From: Candidatus Woesearchaeota archaeon
Lineage (GTDB): Archaea > Nanobdellota > Nanobdellia > Woesearchaeales > SKGA01
Assembly: GCA_046543005.1 (NCBI GenBank)
Contig: JBKHAG010000002.1
Location: 551 to 64,550 of the forward strand
DNA length: 64,000 nt
Reading direction: 5' to 3'
Position 1 is the stretch's first letter, and each line of letters opens with the position of its first letter. Of the stretch, positions 17,393 through 26,021 are shown piece by piece. Below the pieces are notes generated by a model. That model saw only the letters and a program-made list of their open reading frames with translations, had not been told where the DNA came from and made no database searches. The position numbers and the translations under genes are program-made.

Positions 17393-18880
17393 CTAACAAC
17401 ATAAGTGTTTATACTCACGAACACTACAAGCCTTGGCATTTATTCCTTTTTCTTTACATAAAACAACGAGGTTTTTTGCTAAAACTCCGTGCTCGCAAAT
17501 AAAGACATATGAATTTTTTGAAGAGAAAAAATTAGTTTTTTTTGTATCTGTTTGCTTGGTTAAAAAAGTATCTATATCACTTATTAATTCGTAATAATAA
17601 CGAGAAATCGTTTGAGGGAGAACATCTTTTTTTGCAATAGATAAACGTCTTGTATCTACACAAATAGCGTCTTGTACATCTTTTTTAGAAAAATCGCTTT
17701 TGGGTGTTTGCACATATAAAGCTGTTTTCGCACTGTATTTTGTTGCACTCTCACAAAGCAAATGCACGAGTTGTGAAAAATCAGGCAAACGAGTCATATC
17801 TTTGAGTTGAGGAGTCGCGGTAACGCTTTTTCCTTGAGATAAATCACAATACTCTTTTACTTGTGAAGAAAAAGAAAAAGTTCCTATTTTTCTTGCTATT
17901 TGAGTAATTTCTTCTTTATCCATAGTAATAAGAGGGCGAAGAACAAATGCATCTGAACGTGAAGCAATTGCTTGTAGACTCGCCATGGTTTGAGAACTTT
18001 TTTGTGCAAGTGATTCTCCTGTAACAATTGCGCTATAGGCGTGTTTTTTTTCAAACCAAGAACCTATTATGTAAAACGCTATTTTTAAAGCCAATTGGCT
18101 AAAACAAGGTTTAACTGTTTTTTGTATAACAGATACTAATTCTTTAGCATTAACACGGTACAATACCGGCTCGTGATTAAAATTATATCTGTCGCAAATA
18201 TATGTAAAAAGCTGCGCGATGTGAGAAAATGTTGTATCATCGTTTGCTAAATCAATATAAACATAGTCTAAAGCCACACCTCGTTTGAGCATTAAATAAG
18301 ATGCAACAGGACTATCAATACCTCCTGAAAAAAGCGAAAGTGCTCGTCCTGAAGATGCTGGAGGCATACCACCAATTCCTTGAATAAAATCAAAATAAAC
18401 AAATGCTTCATCGTTTCGCACTTCAATAAAAATATCCACATCAGGAGTATCTAAATCAACCCCTGCAGACTCATCAAAAACTTTTTTTGCTATTGCTTTG
18501 GAAAGATCCAAAGAGGAAAAATCATGCTTACCCACTCGTCGAGAACGTACTGCAAACGATTTTTGACAAACACGATCACCCACAACAGTAGCTACTTTAT
18601 TAGCAAGATCTTCAAGTGACGAAAAATTAATTTTTTTAGCTAAAGAAAAACTTTGCACACCAGGTACGAGTTGTAAGGAATCAACAAGGTCAAGAACTTG
18701 AGTAGAATGAATGATAAATCGACCGCCGTAGTTTTTTACATATGCGTCTACTTTTGTATCTTGTATTACATCTTTAATTGCAGATACGTATAAACGTTCA
18801 AAAAAAGGACGTTTACAGGCACTTTTTAAAGCGACTTCACCATATCGAAGAAGAATCGCATCGGGTTTATCAAAATCCAT
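17393..18880 (-). CDS. thiI: tRNA sulfurtransferase ThiI, with a C-terminal rhodanese-like domain
   Basis: THUMP-like N-terminus, PP-loop SGGIDSPVASYLM, and a C-terminal CEHG...CxxxxxC region. Confidence 0.85.
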   Translation of the reverse strand: MDFDKPDAILLRYGEVALKSACKRPFFERLYVSAIKDVIQDTKVDAYVKNYGGRFIIHSTQVLDLVDSLQLVPGVQSFSLAKKINFSSLEDLANKVATVVGDRVCQKSFAVRSRRVGKHDFSSLDLSKAIAKKVFDESAGVDLDTPDVDIFIEVRNDEAFVYFDFIQGIGGMPPASSGRALSLFSGGIDSPVASYLMLKRGVALDYVYIDLANDDTTFSHIAQLFTYICDRYNFNHEPVLYRVNAKELVSVIQKTVKPCFSQLALKIAFYIIGSWFEKKHAYSAIVTGESLAQKSSQTMASLQAIASRSDAFVLRPLITMDKEEITQIARKIGTFSFSSQVKEYCDLSQGKSVTATPQLKDMTRLPDFSQLVHLLCESATKYSAKTALYVQTPKSDFSKKDVQDAICVDTRRLSIAKKDVLPQTISRYYYELISDIDTFLTKQTDTKKTNFFSSKNSYVFICEHGVLAKNLVVLCKEKGINAKACSVREYKHLCC

Positions 18881-19071
18881 AAAAAAAGAACAATAAGAGG
18901 TTATTTATAAAAACAACGGGAAAAAGATACTCTATGTGAGATAAAACAATAAAATAATGAAAATAATAAGAAATAAAAAATATAAATATATTCTCGATAT
19001 AAAAAAAATCGTGACCTTAATACTTCTTAAATATAATCAGCACTATGCTCCTAGCAACTTAATATACGCAA

Positions 19072-19812
19072 CTAATCGTTGTCAACTCGAGGCGCAAGTA
19101 CAAAAGAAAGTTCTACTTTATCTTTAACAACATAACTTATTTTTAAAGGATAATCTGTGCTAAATTCAACACGTACAGTATCGGAAAGTTTTGATCCTTG
19201 AATTATTTTTTTTAAGTATTCAATAGAATATTTTGCTTTAACGTGCTCTTGTGTACTTTCAATAGTTGTTTGGGAATCGCCTGGAATTTCAACAGTAGCC
19301 TTAGAAAGGTCGCCTTTACTTGCAATCACAAAAGTTTCTTTTTGAACTCCAAAAGTTACGCTTTCACCAACAACATCCACGTCATCTACCGCGTCATTAA
19401 GTAATGAAGAAAGCGTAGATATTTTTGATACAAATTCTAAGGAAGGAATTTTTTGTTCTTTATCTTCAATATCAATAAGTGGAAGAAAAAAGGTTCTTGT
19501 AGACGTTGATTGTAAAACTATTTTTAATTTATTTTCATCTTGTTCTAACACTAACGTATCTGAAGATTTAGTTCGACGAAGAATTTGTTTTAAACTGTTT
19601 AAGTTTACTGTAAGGTTAGTATCTTCATCTAACTCATAACCAACAAAAGAACTAGCGGGAAGACGAAAAGCCACCATTGCCACATTAGCAGGATCCATCG
19701 CGATAAGTTCAACAAGATCTTTTGAAACTTTAATCGTTGCTTCAGTCACTATTTCTGAAACTATTGCTAGGCCGTCTTTTAGATATTTTGGTTCTGCTAA
19801 AGTTAATTTCAT
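19072..19812 (-). CDS. pcn: DNA polymerase sliding clamp PCNA
   Basis: 247 aa with the two-domain PCNA pattern (LKDGLAIVSEIVTEATIKVSKDLVELIAMDPANVAMV...). Start taken at the internal Met. Confidence 0.85.
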   Translation of the reverse strand: MKLTLAEPKYLKDGLAIVSEIVTEATIKVSKDLVELIAMDPANVAMVAFRLPASSFVGYELDEDTNLTVNLNSLKQILRRTKSSDTLVLEQDENKLKIVLQSTSTRTFFLPLIDIEDKEQKIPSLEFVSKISTLSSLLNDAVDDVDVVGESVTFGVQKETFVIASKGDLSKATVEIPGDSQTTIESTQEHVKAKYSIEYLKKIIQGSKLSDTVRVEFSTDYPLKISYVVKDKVELSFVLAPRVDND

Positions 19813-19898
19813 AAGTATCACGTAAGTAGTAGTAAACGAGCTAAAGAAGGCGCCGTATATAAAGATTTTGCTTGTAGAGGCTCTGAAAAGATACTTAC

Positions 19899-21212
19899 TC
19901 ATTCAAAAGATGTTTGTACGCCTAAAACTAGTTTTTGACATTTTGTGCACGAAAGCCCTAATTTTGATATTCGTTTACAAAAAGCCTCTTCCATAAGGGG
20001 TTCTGCATGGGCAGGAATAACAACTTCTGGTTTAATAAGGTCAACAAAATCATCAAGATCTTTACCGGCGCCATGACCAGAAGAATGAATAGAAGTAAAA
20101 AGAGAAACATTGTTTTCTTCAAGTCGTTGTTCTAATTGTGCTCGTTGGCGTTGAATTTTTACAGAAGGAATAACAGAACAAGAAAAAATAACTGCGTCTT
20201 GAGATGAAAATAAAAATTGACCTCTACTCATCCTATCTAAAACCGCGCCAGGTTCTCCTTGATGTCCTGTTACCACGATAACATAGTTTTGAGGATGGTC
20301 TTCGTTTGCTAAAAATTTTTTTACTTGACGAGCATAAGTAAAACATTTACCACGAACAGTTAAATCAACAATACCCACATCTTTTGCTGCGCGAATATAA
20401 CGAGTTAATGAACGACCCAAAAAAACAACTTTTCGATTAAGCATGTCTGCAAAATCACAAATAGATTGCAGGCGAGATAGTTGTGAAGAAAAGGTAGAAA
20501 TTACAATGGCTCGTTTAGAAGAGACATCATTTTTTAGATCAAATAATAATTGTCTTGCGTCTTGTTCACTAGTTGCGTATTTATCTTCTTGAGCGTATAA
20601 GGAATCTAATAATAATATTTTTGTTTTTCCTTGCAAGGACTTAATAGCAACAAGATCTGTTGGTTTTTCAAAAGGATGACGTTGATCGTTTTTAAAATCG
20701 TTACCGTATACGACAACGCCGTAAGGTGTATGAAAAGCAATAAGCGCGCTTTGAGGAATTGAATGTGCAACATGGATAAATTCAACGCTTACTTTTGGAG
20801 AAAGTCGTATTTTTTTACCTGTTTTAACAGCTTTTACTTCAGGATTTACTGCGTGGTCTTTACTAAACGATTGTATAAGTTTAGCAGTAAAAGGTGTTGC
20901 GTATACAGGGCGTTTTATCTTATTATACAAAAAAGGAATAGCACCGATATGATCTAAATGTCCGTGAGAACAAAAAATTCCTCGTATAAAAAGTTGTTTT
21001 CGTTGTAAAGGTTTAATATCAGGAATGGCGCCAGCGTTGACTAATTTTCTATACACATGTTTTTTATTAAAAAAATCATTTCCTGTAAGTTCAATATAGT
21101 GTTCTAAATGAACACCCATATCACAAATAAATGCTTCTTCATCTACTATGATTGCAACACAATTTTTACCCACCTCACCAAAACCACCAAGTGGAAGAAT
21201 ACTTAATCCCAT
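19899..21212 (-). CDS. Archaeal beta-CASP ribonuclease (RNase J-like, metallo-beta-lactamase fold)
   Basis: ILPLGGFGEVGKNC at the N-terminus and the HGHLDHIGAIPFL metallo-beta-lactamase motif. About 440 aa. Confidence 0.75.
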   Translation of the reverse strand: MGLSILPLGGFGEVGKNCVAIIVDEEAFICDMGVHLEHYIELTGNDFFNKKHVYRKLVNAGAIPDIKPLQRKQLFIRGIFCSHGHLDHIGAIPFLYNKIKRPVYATPFTAKLIQSFSKDHAVNPEVKAVKTGKKIRLSPKVSVEFIHVAHSIPQSALIAFHTPYGVVVYGNDFKNDQRHPFEKPTDLVAIKSLQGKTKILLLDSLYAQEDKYATSEQDARQLLFDLKNDVSSKRAIVISTFSSQLSRLQSICDFADMLNRKVVFLGRSLTRYIRAAKDVGIVDLTVRGKCFTYARQVKKFLANEDHPQNYVIVVTGHQGEPGAVLDRMSRGQFLFSSQDAVIFSCSVIPSVKIQRQRAQLEQRLEENNVSLFTSIHSSGHGAGKDLDDFVDLIKPEVVIPAHAEPLMEEAFCKRISKLGLSCTKCQKLVLGVQTSFE

Positions 21213-21292
21213 ATGAACACCAAAACTATTTTTTTCAACGAGTTTTCAAAGAACAACACTAATTTCAAGTAGCTATACGCGATTTGAAAAAG

Positions 21293-21550
21293 TGGTGCGG
21301 GGAAAGGGACACACAATACAGGAGACAGTTATCTGTATTCAAAATACAGGTAATGTTTACTCTCGCTGCGTTTTTGAACCCTTGTAGGCACTAAGCCAAC
21401 AGATGACTCACATGATTCTTCATCGCAACGCATCCTCTGATGCGATATGCTCAGCACTCAAATGCCTTGAGTCTGTCCCGTTTGGCCACTCCGGCGCCAA
21501 CGAAAACGGATGTTGGAAAACTTCATTTGACGACTCCGGCATCCCCGCAA
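21293..21550. ncRNA. Candidate structured non-coding RNA, about 250 nt, GC-rich, family unassigned
   Basis: GC-rich island in AT-rich DNA. The ends pair (gcgggga ... tccccgc), nested by gggaca ... tgtccc, with several internal perfect hairpins (cgcatc-ctct-gatgcg, aatacag...ctgtatt, ccaac...gttgg). Confidence 0.35.
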
Positions 21551-21604
21551 ACTCACAAAACAAAGGAACCAATAAAGACTTTATAAAACTACTGGAGATA
21601 GTGG

Positions 21605-21791
21605 CCTTGTTCAAAAAGGAGTTTTTATGTGTACTGTCAATTACAACACAAACAGTAATCTGGCTATGTGCTTAGCTGTTTAGCGCCTGCTCGTTATTTG
21701 TTCCAAGCTGATATAATAATAATTATAATAATAATAATGATAATAACGCGCAGTATACAAATGTACAATATTTTAAACAAGGCCAAAGATA
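21605..21791 (+). repeat. MITE-like repeat, copy B, with an internal (ATA)n microsatellite
   Basis: Near-identical to the reverse complement of 15406..15567. The ATA-rich tract at 21711..21746 is longer than in copy A. Confidence 0.7.
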
Positions 21792-21888
21792 GCATGTACC
21801 CTAAAAAAAGCAATAAAAATAATAATTTAAAAAAGTGTAGGGCAAAATGCAAGAAAAGTACACCTAAGCACATAGCCCTTAATAAGCG

Positions 21889-22302
21889 TTAAGAAAGTTG
21901 AGAAAGTTTTTTTTCGATTGTTGCAAGTGATTCTTTTAGTGCCTCTTCAGGAGATGAAGAATGGGTTTTATTTTTTGAAGAAGATTGAGATTGTTTTTTA
22001 GAAGTAGGCGTTTTTGTTGACGCTTTTTTTGTTATTTTTGAAGAAGCGTTTTGTTTTTGTTGACGCTTTTTTTCTTGAGCAACGAGTTCTTGATGAGGAA
22101 GTATATCAAAAAGATCTTGATACGATTTTTTTAAATCAGTCATTTGTGTAGAAACTTGTTCAATTAAAGCAGATTTTTCTTTTCGAATTTCAAGTAATGA
22201 ATAATATTGTTGCGAAGAAAGTAAAGACCGTTTTGCAATTGTAAGTAGTGCCGACTGTAGGGGTTGATTGTCTTTTACTTGTACAAAATAATCATTTACC
22301 AT
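21889..22302 (-). CDS. Coiled-coil protein with a K/S/T-rich tail (hypothetical); third gene of a three-gene operon
   Basis: Starts YFVQVKDN then heptad-rich helix. No known motif. Confidence 0.4.
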   Translation of the reverse strand: MVNDYFVQVKDNQPLQSALLTIAKRSLLSSQQYYSLLEIRKEKSALIEQVSTQMTDLKKSYQDLFDILPHQELVAQEKKRQQKQNASSKITKKASTKTPTSKKQSQSSSKNKTHSSSPEEALKESLATIEKKLSQLS

Positions 22303-22334
22303 TTTTTACCTTCTTTATTTTCAAGTAATAGTTT

Positions 22335-22565
22335 TTATGAATGATCTGGTTCAAATAATGCGTTATCTACAAAAGATATTTCTTCTTGGACACGAGACAC
22401 ATTATCTTTCCAATCAATAAGTTCTTGTTGTTCTTTTTCTCGAAGTCCGTCTATTTTTTCTAATGTTTTTTTAATTTGAACAATTTGTTTTTTTACAGTA
22501 TCAACTGAAGACATTACTTTTTTGTAATCATCTAGTTTAACAAAAATGGGAGCTTTTTGGTTCAT
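22335..22565 (-). CDS. Small coiled-coil protein (hypothetical), paralogous in outline to 21889..22302
   Basis: Starts IFVKLDDYKK then coiled coil. Overlaps the upstream gene by 4 nt. Confidence 0.4.
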   Translation of the reverse strand: MNQKAPIFVKLDDYKKVMSSVDTVKKQIVQIKKTLEKIDGLREKEQQELIDWKDNVSRVQEEISFVDNALFEPDHS

Positions 22566-23503
22566 TGTTTCACCTCATAATCTGAAAAAATACGTTGCGC
22601 GTTTTGGCACTGTTTTGTTATTCTTCCAAAGGACATATTTAATTTAGTAAATTGTTTTTGTAAAGATTCATCAATAGAACTTAGCGAATCTGATTTGTGA
22701 TGTATAAAACCTGACTTTAAGCGAGAGTCAATCTTGTAAAGCAAGGAAGCATATTTTTTTTCTTCAATAAATAGTAAATCTGATTGCGGGCTTTTATGCG
22801 CTAAATGTTTAGATGAAGAGTCGCGTAAAGATTCAGATGAAGAATTTGGTTGCGAAGGTGTAAACGAATCATCAAAAGAGGGAAGGTCTTGTACGCGCAA
22901 AGAATCAGAATACTTTTGTGGTGTTGACAAAACAGGGCCTTCTTGTTCTACTGGTTCTTCAAAAGAAGGTTTAAGAGTATCAGAAGATGAAAACGAATCC
23001 TGAGAAGATGCGCTATGTAAAGGTCTAGGTTCATAGTCTTCACGTATTTTTGGCGAAACAACATCTTCATCAAAAACACGCCCTTGTTCATCTGGCACGT
23101 AATGACCATTATCCTCAGGTCCTTTAAAAGAAGGAGGAAATTTTTCAATATAATGACCTGTTGGTTGAACAGATTCTTTAGGAGTAGAAAATGTACTTGG
23201 AGAAGGTGAAGATGACTCCTCTTGATTGGTAGAATCTAAAGAAGGAACAAAATCTTTATCAAAAGTAGGCGTGTCTGCAGATGTCTGGCTTGAAGGTTTA
23301 TTAAATGAAAAAGGAGTGGAAGATTTTTTTTCATTAAACGAAGTAGTATTAGGAATAGATGAAGAATTATCAGGAAAAGCTGTTTTTTTTGCATCAATAG
23401 AATCTGCAGGGTTTTGTGGTTGTTCATCTATAGGAGGTAATGAATCAAATGAAGGTACCTCTTTTGTAGCATTCTTTTTATGAAATAAATTACGTAAACT
23501 CAT
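22562..23503 (-). CDS. Protein with a long S/P/D-rich disordered N-terminal region carrying repeated PSF/TF motifs and a small C-terminal folded module (hypothetical)
   Basis: At least 8 short P(S/T)F motifs within about 230 aa of low-complexity sequence. The C-terminal LFIEEKKY...coiled coil resembles the N-termini of the two downstream proteins. Confidence 0.4.
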   Translation of the reverse strand: MSLRNLFHKKNATKEVPSFDSLPPIDEQPQNPADSIDAKKTAFPDNSSSIPNTTSFNEKKSSTPFSFNKPSSQTSADTPTFDKDFVPSLDSTNQEESSSPSPSTFSTPKESVQPTGHYIEKFPPSFKGPEDNGHYVPDEQGRVFDEDVVSPKIREDYEPRPLHSASSQDSFSSSDTLKPSFEEPVEQEGPVLSTPQKYSDSLRVQDLPSFDDSFTPSQPNSSSESLRDSSSKHLAHKSPQSDLLFIEEKKYASLLYKIDSRLKSGFIHHKSDSLSSIDESLQKQFTKLNMSFGRITKQCQNAQRIFSDYEVKQ

Positions 23504-23652
23504 TCTCGACCCCTTTGAACACTTTCAAAGAATTATCCTTTTTAAATGTTTCTTTTTAACAGGCGCTGTTGGGCTAAAAAAAAAATAATAATCGCAATAT
23601 TTTCGAAAAAAAGAGATTAAGATTTTTTAAGAAGAAAAACTAAAACAACCAC

Positions 23653-25413
23653 ATGAAACAAAAACAAAACACGCAATATCTTAAAAAAAATAAATTAACA
23701 GACAACTCATTTAATACTGCAAGGGAGAAAAAATTTTTTATTTTAGGATTGATTTTTTTATGCCTCTTACTAATTACAATGCAAACGAGTGCATGCGAGG
23801 ATAATGTTCAAACGATGCAACCATCATTTAGTACCAACAACAATACTTCTTATGAAGAAATAATATCAATAACGCCTTTATGGATTTGTGAAAAACAAAA
23901 TCTAAGTGAAGAAGAAGGATATGAAAATATAACAACTGCAGAGTTGGATTCTGATTTTTTATTTAAAGTAAAAAGAGAAAATTATAGCCAGTTAGGTGGT
24001 GAAAAAATAATTCAGTATAACATCATAGTAAATTTTACTAACACTTCAACGGCTACTCAAAATGTTTCTAAAACTATTCGCTCATACAGTAGCACAAACA
24101 CAGGAGATAAACCTTGTAAAAATTTTAGCGAAATAGAAAAAATAGTAATTAAATCAGCAAGCACACAAATAGCATGGAGCATAAACAATAACAAAAACAC
24201 AAGCACACAAGTAACTACTAACCAAACCACTAATTCATCAATAAACACAACCACCACGCCTACTTTAAATGAAAGTGAAAATACTAGCAACAACACTCTT
24301 TCAAATACAACAAACCAAACATCTACAAATACGTCCACAAATACGTCTGTAAATCAAACGAGCGACTCAACAAACGAATCAATAATAAATAACACAAATT
24401 CAAATACGCAAACAAATCAAAGCGCAGATTCACATAAAGGCATGTGTATTATTAAAACAGAAAAAAATATTTTTAAAGATGGAGAAAAAGTTTCTTTTTG
24501 GTTTGATAACCCGCATCAAACAATTGACTCTATAACGTATTGGATTGAAGATATTCAAGGAACTAATTTAAAAAAAGAATTTACAAGCGCTAACAGTAAT
24601 GAAAAGTCTTTTACTTGGAATTTAAAAAAAGAACAACAAATTGCCCATATTTACGCACGATGTTGTTTTCAAACACAAAACTGTGTTAATAATAAAAGCA
24701 TGATTGTTGCATACAAAGAAAAAATAAGCTCTGGTGAAGAAAATGAAACTGATGAAGACGAACAGAATACTTTGCAAGATCAAACAACGACAACACAAGA
24801 AGAAGAATCTAACAGCATTAGTTTTTACAAAACAGTGCTTAAAGAAAAGAACAAAGAGTTATTATTGCAAACGCAAATTCGCATTAAAAAAATCAGCGGT
24901 CGCTCGCAACTAACAACATGCGAAATTAAAACTCAAGAAAATACGTCTGCAAGTAAAGATATTATTCTTGTTGCAAAAACAAAAGGTACCTTTGAAGCGC
25001 GTTTACAAATCCCTCTTTTGAGTATGAGTAAAACATACACGCTAGGCTGTCAAGGATTAAAAACCAGCAATCAAACAACCATCATAAATGAGTATTTTAT
25101 AAATGAAACCCCTGTAAAAAAAGAAAAAACAAGCACGACAAGTAACAAACAACAAAGTCTACAATCCGAAGAAAACGACAAGAAACTAACTGCCAAGACG
25201 ACAACAAACGAAGAAAAAATCCTTGAAAAAATCACTGGCATGAGTTATGTCAATCCCGATGTAAAAAATGAAGAAAAAGTGTTTATCTATAGTGGTTTAG
25301 GAGCTATTTTAGTGCTTTTTTTGTGGTTTTTATTTAAATATGATTTGAAACGAAACAATAGTTTTATAAAACAAGTCTCATTAAAACTGAAAAGCATGCT
25401 CAAAAACAGATGA
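23653..25413 (+). CDS. Cell-surface protein: N-terminal signal/anchor, N/T/S-rich region crowded with N-x-S/T sequons, C-terminal TM anchor
   Basis: LGLIFLCLLLITMQTSA is signal-like. Dozens of NxS/T sequons (NTS, NNT, NQT, NES, NIT). C-terminal helix GLGAILVLFLWFLF followed by a basic tail. Confidence 0.6.
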   Translation: MKQKQNTQYLKKNKLTDNSFNTAREKKFFILGLIFLCLLLITMQTSACEDNVQTMQPSFSTNNNTSYEEIISITPLWICEKQNLSEEEGYENITTAELDSDFLFKVKRENYSQLGGEKIIQYNIIVNFTNTSTATQNVSKTIRSYSSTNTGDKPCKNFSEIEKIVIKSASTQIAWSINNNKNTSTQVTTNQTTNSSINTTTTPTLNESENTSNNTLSNTTNQTSTNTSTNTSVNQTSDSTNESIINNTNSNTQTNQSADSHKGMCIIKTEKNIFKDGEKVSFWFDNPHQTIDSITYWIEDIQGTNLKKEFTSANSNEKSFTWNLKKEQQIAHIYARCCFQTQNCVNNKSMIVAYKEKISSGEENETDEDEQNTLQDQTTTTQEEESNSISFYKTVLKEKNKELLLQTQIRIKKISGRSQLTTCEIKTQENTSASKDIILVAKTKGTFEARLQIPLLSMSKTYTLGCQGLKTSNQTTIINEYFINETPVKKEKTSTTSNKQQSLQSEENDKKLTAKTTTNEEKILEKITGMSYVNPDVKNEEKVFIYSGLGAILVLFLWFLFKYDLKRNNSFIKQVSLKLKSMLKNR

Positions 25414-25417
25414 TACT

Positions 25418-26011
25418 ATGAAAGAAAAAGAAATTAAGGAAAAAATTAACGAAGGATATCTGCGAGTAAGAATTCTTTTTGAAATTATTGGCAAGCCAAA
25501 AGAACATGTAGAAAAAACCATGAAGGCTTATTTAGACAAAATCGCTACAGAACAAGACATAACAATTTTAGAGCAAGAAGTTGAACCGGTTGATGAAATT
25601 GAAAAAGGAATGTTTAGCGTTATTGGAGAAATGGAAGTATTAGTTCCAACAGTTGATAAATTAACGTGGCTTGCAATTAATTTTTCTCCAGCATCTATTG
25701 AACTTATTGAACCTGAAAAAATAACCTTGCAACAAAAAGAAATTAGTAACTGGGTTAATGATTTTTTAGCAAAACTTCACGAAATCGGTATAATGCAAAA
25801 AAGTATGCAAAGTCAACAAGAAGGTTTAGTTCGTAATTTTAATGCAATGACTAGAAATGCGATTATTCTTTGTTTAAATGAACCTCGAGACGCTGAATAC
25901 ATAGCAAAAAAAATAGGTATGCAAGCAAGCCACGCCGAAAAATTCTTAGAAGCTCTTATTAAAGAAAATAAAATAAAAAAAGATAAAACCAAATACGCTT
26001 TAGCAAAATAA
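25418..26011 (+). CDS. Hypothetical protein
   Basis: ORF only; no confident motif. Its stop is 10 nt from the scpB start. Confidence 0.35.
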   Translation: MKEKEIKEKINEGYLRVRILFEIIGKPKEHVEKTMKAYLDKIATEQDITILEQEVEPVDEIEKGMFSVIGEMEVLVPTVDKLTWLAINFSPASIELIEPEKITLQQKEISNWVNDFLAKLHEIGIMQKSMQSQQEGLVRNFNAMTRNAIILCLNEPRDAEYIAKKIGMQASHAEKFLEALIKENKIKKDKTKYALAK

Positions 26012-26021
26012 CTCTAAAACA

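Noticed and set aside
21293-21550. Assignment of the GC-rich RNA candidate to RNase P RNA, SRP (7S) RNA or a tRNA.
   Set aside because: I could not find the universal P4 AGGAAAGUCC or CR-II/CR-V motifs of RNase P RNA, the GGAAG...AGCA domain IV motif of SRP RNA, or a T-loop/cloverleaf on either strand. Family left open.
21403-21675. Two overlapping ORFs (plus 21403-21675, minus 21420-21614) inside the GC-rich island.
   Set aside because: They overlap each other, have no protein-like features, and the region has strong RNA-like nested helices. Interpreted as candidate ncRNA instead.
15406-21791. Interpreting the inverted repeats as boundaries of a complete IS element or as a site-specific invertible switch.
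   Set aside because: No transposase, integrase or invertase lies between or near the repeats. The enclosed genes are core housekeeping genes. A MITE-like, non-autonomous element plus possible homologous-recombination inversion is the more economical reading.
25418-26011. Possibility that the 197-aa protein upstream of scpB is ScpA (kleisin).
   Set aside because: It lacks the ScpA N-terminal pattern of a helix with PLDLLL-type motif and C-terminal winged helix. Kept as hypothetical.
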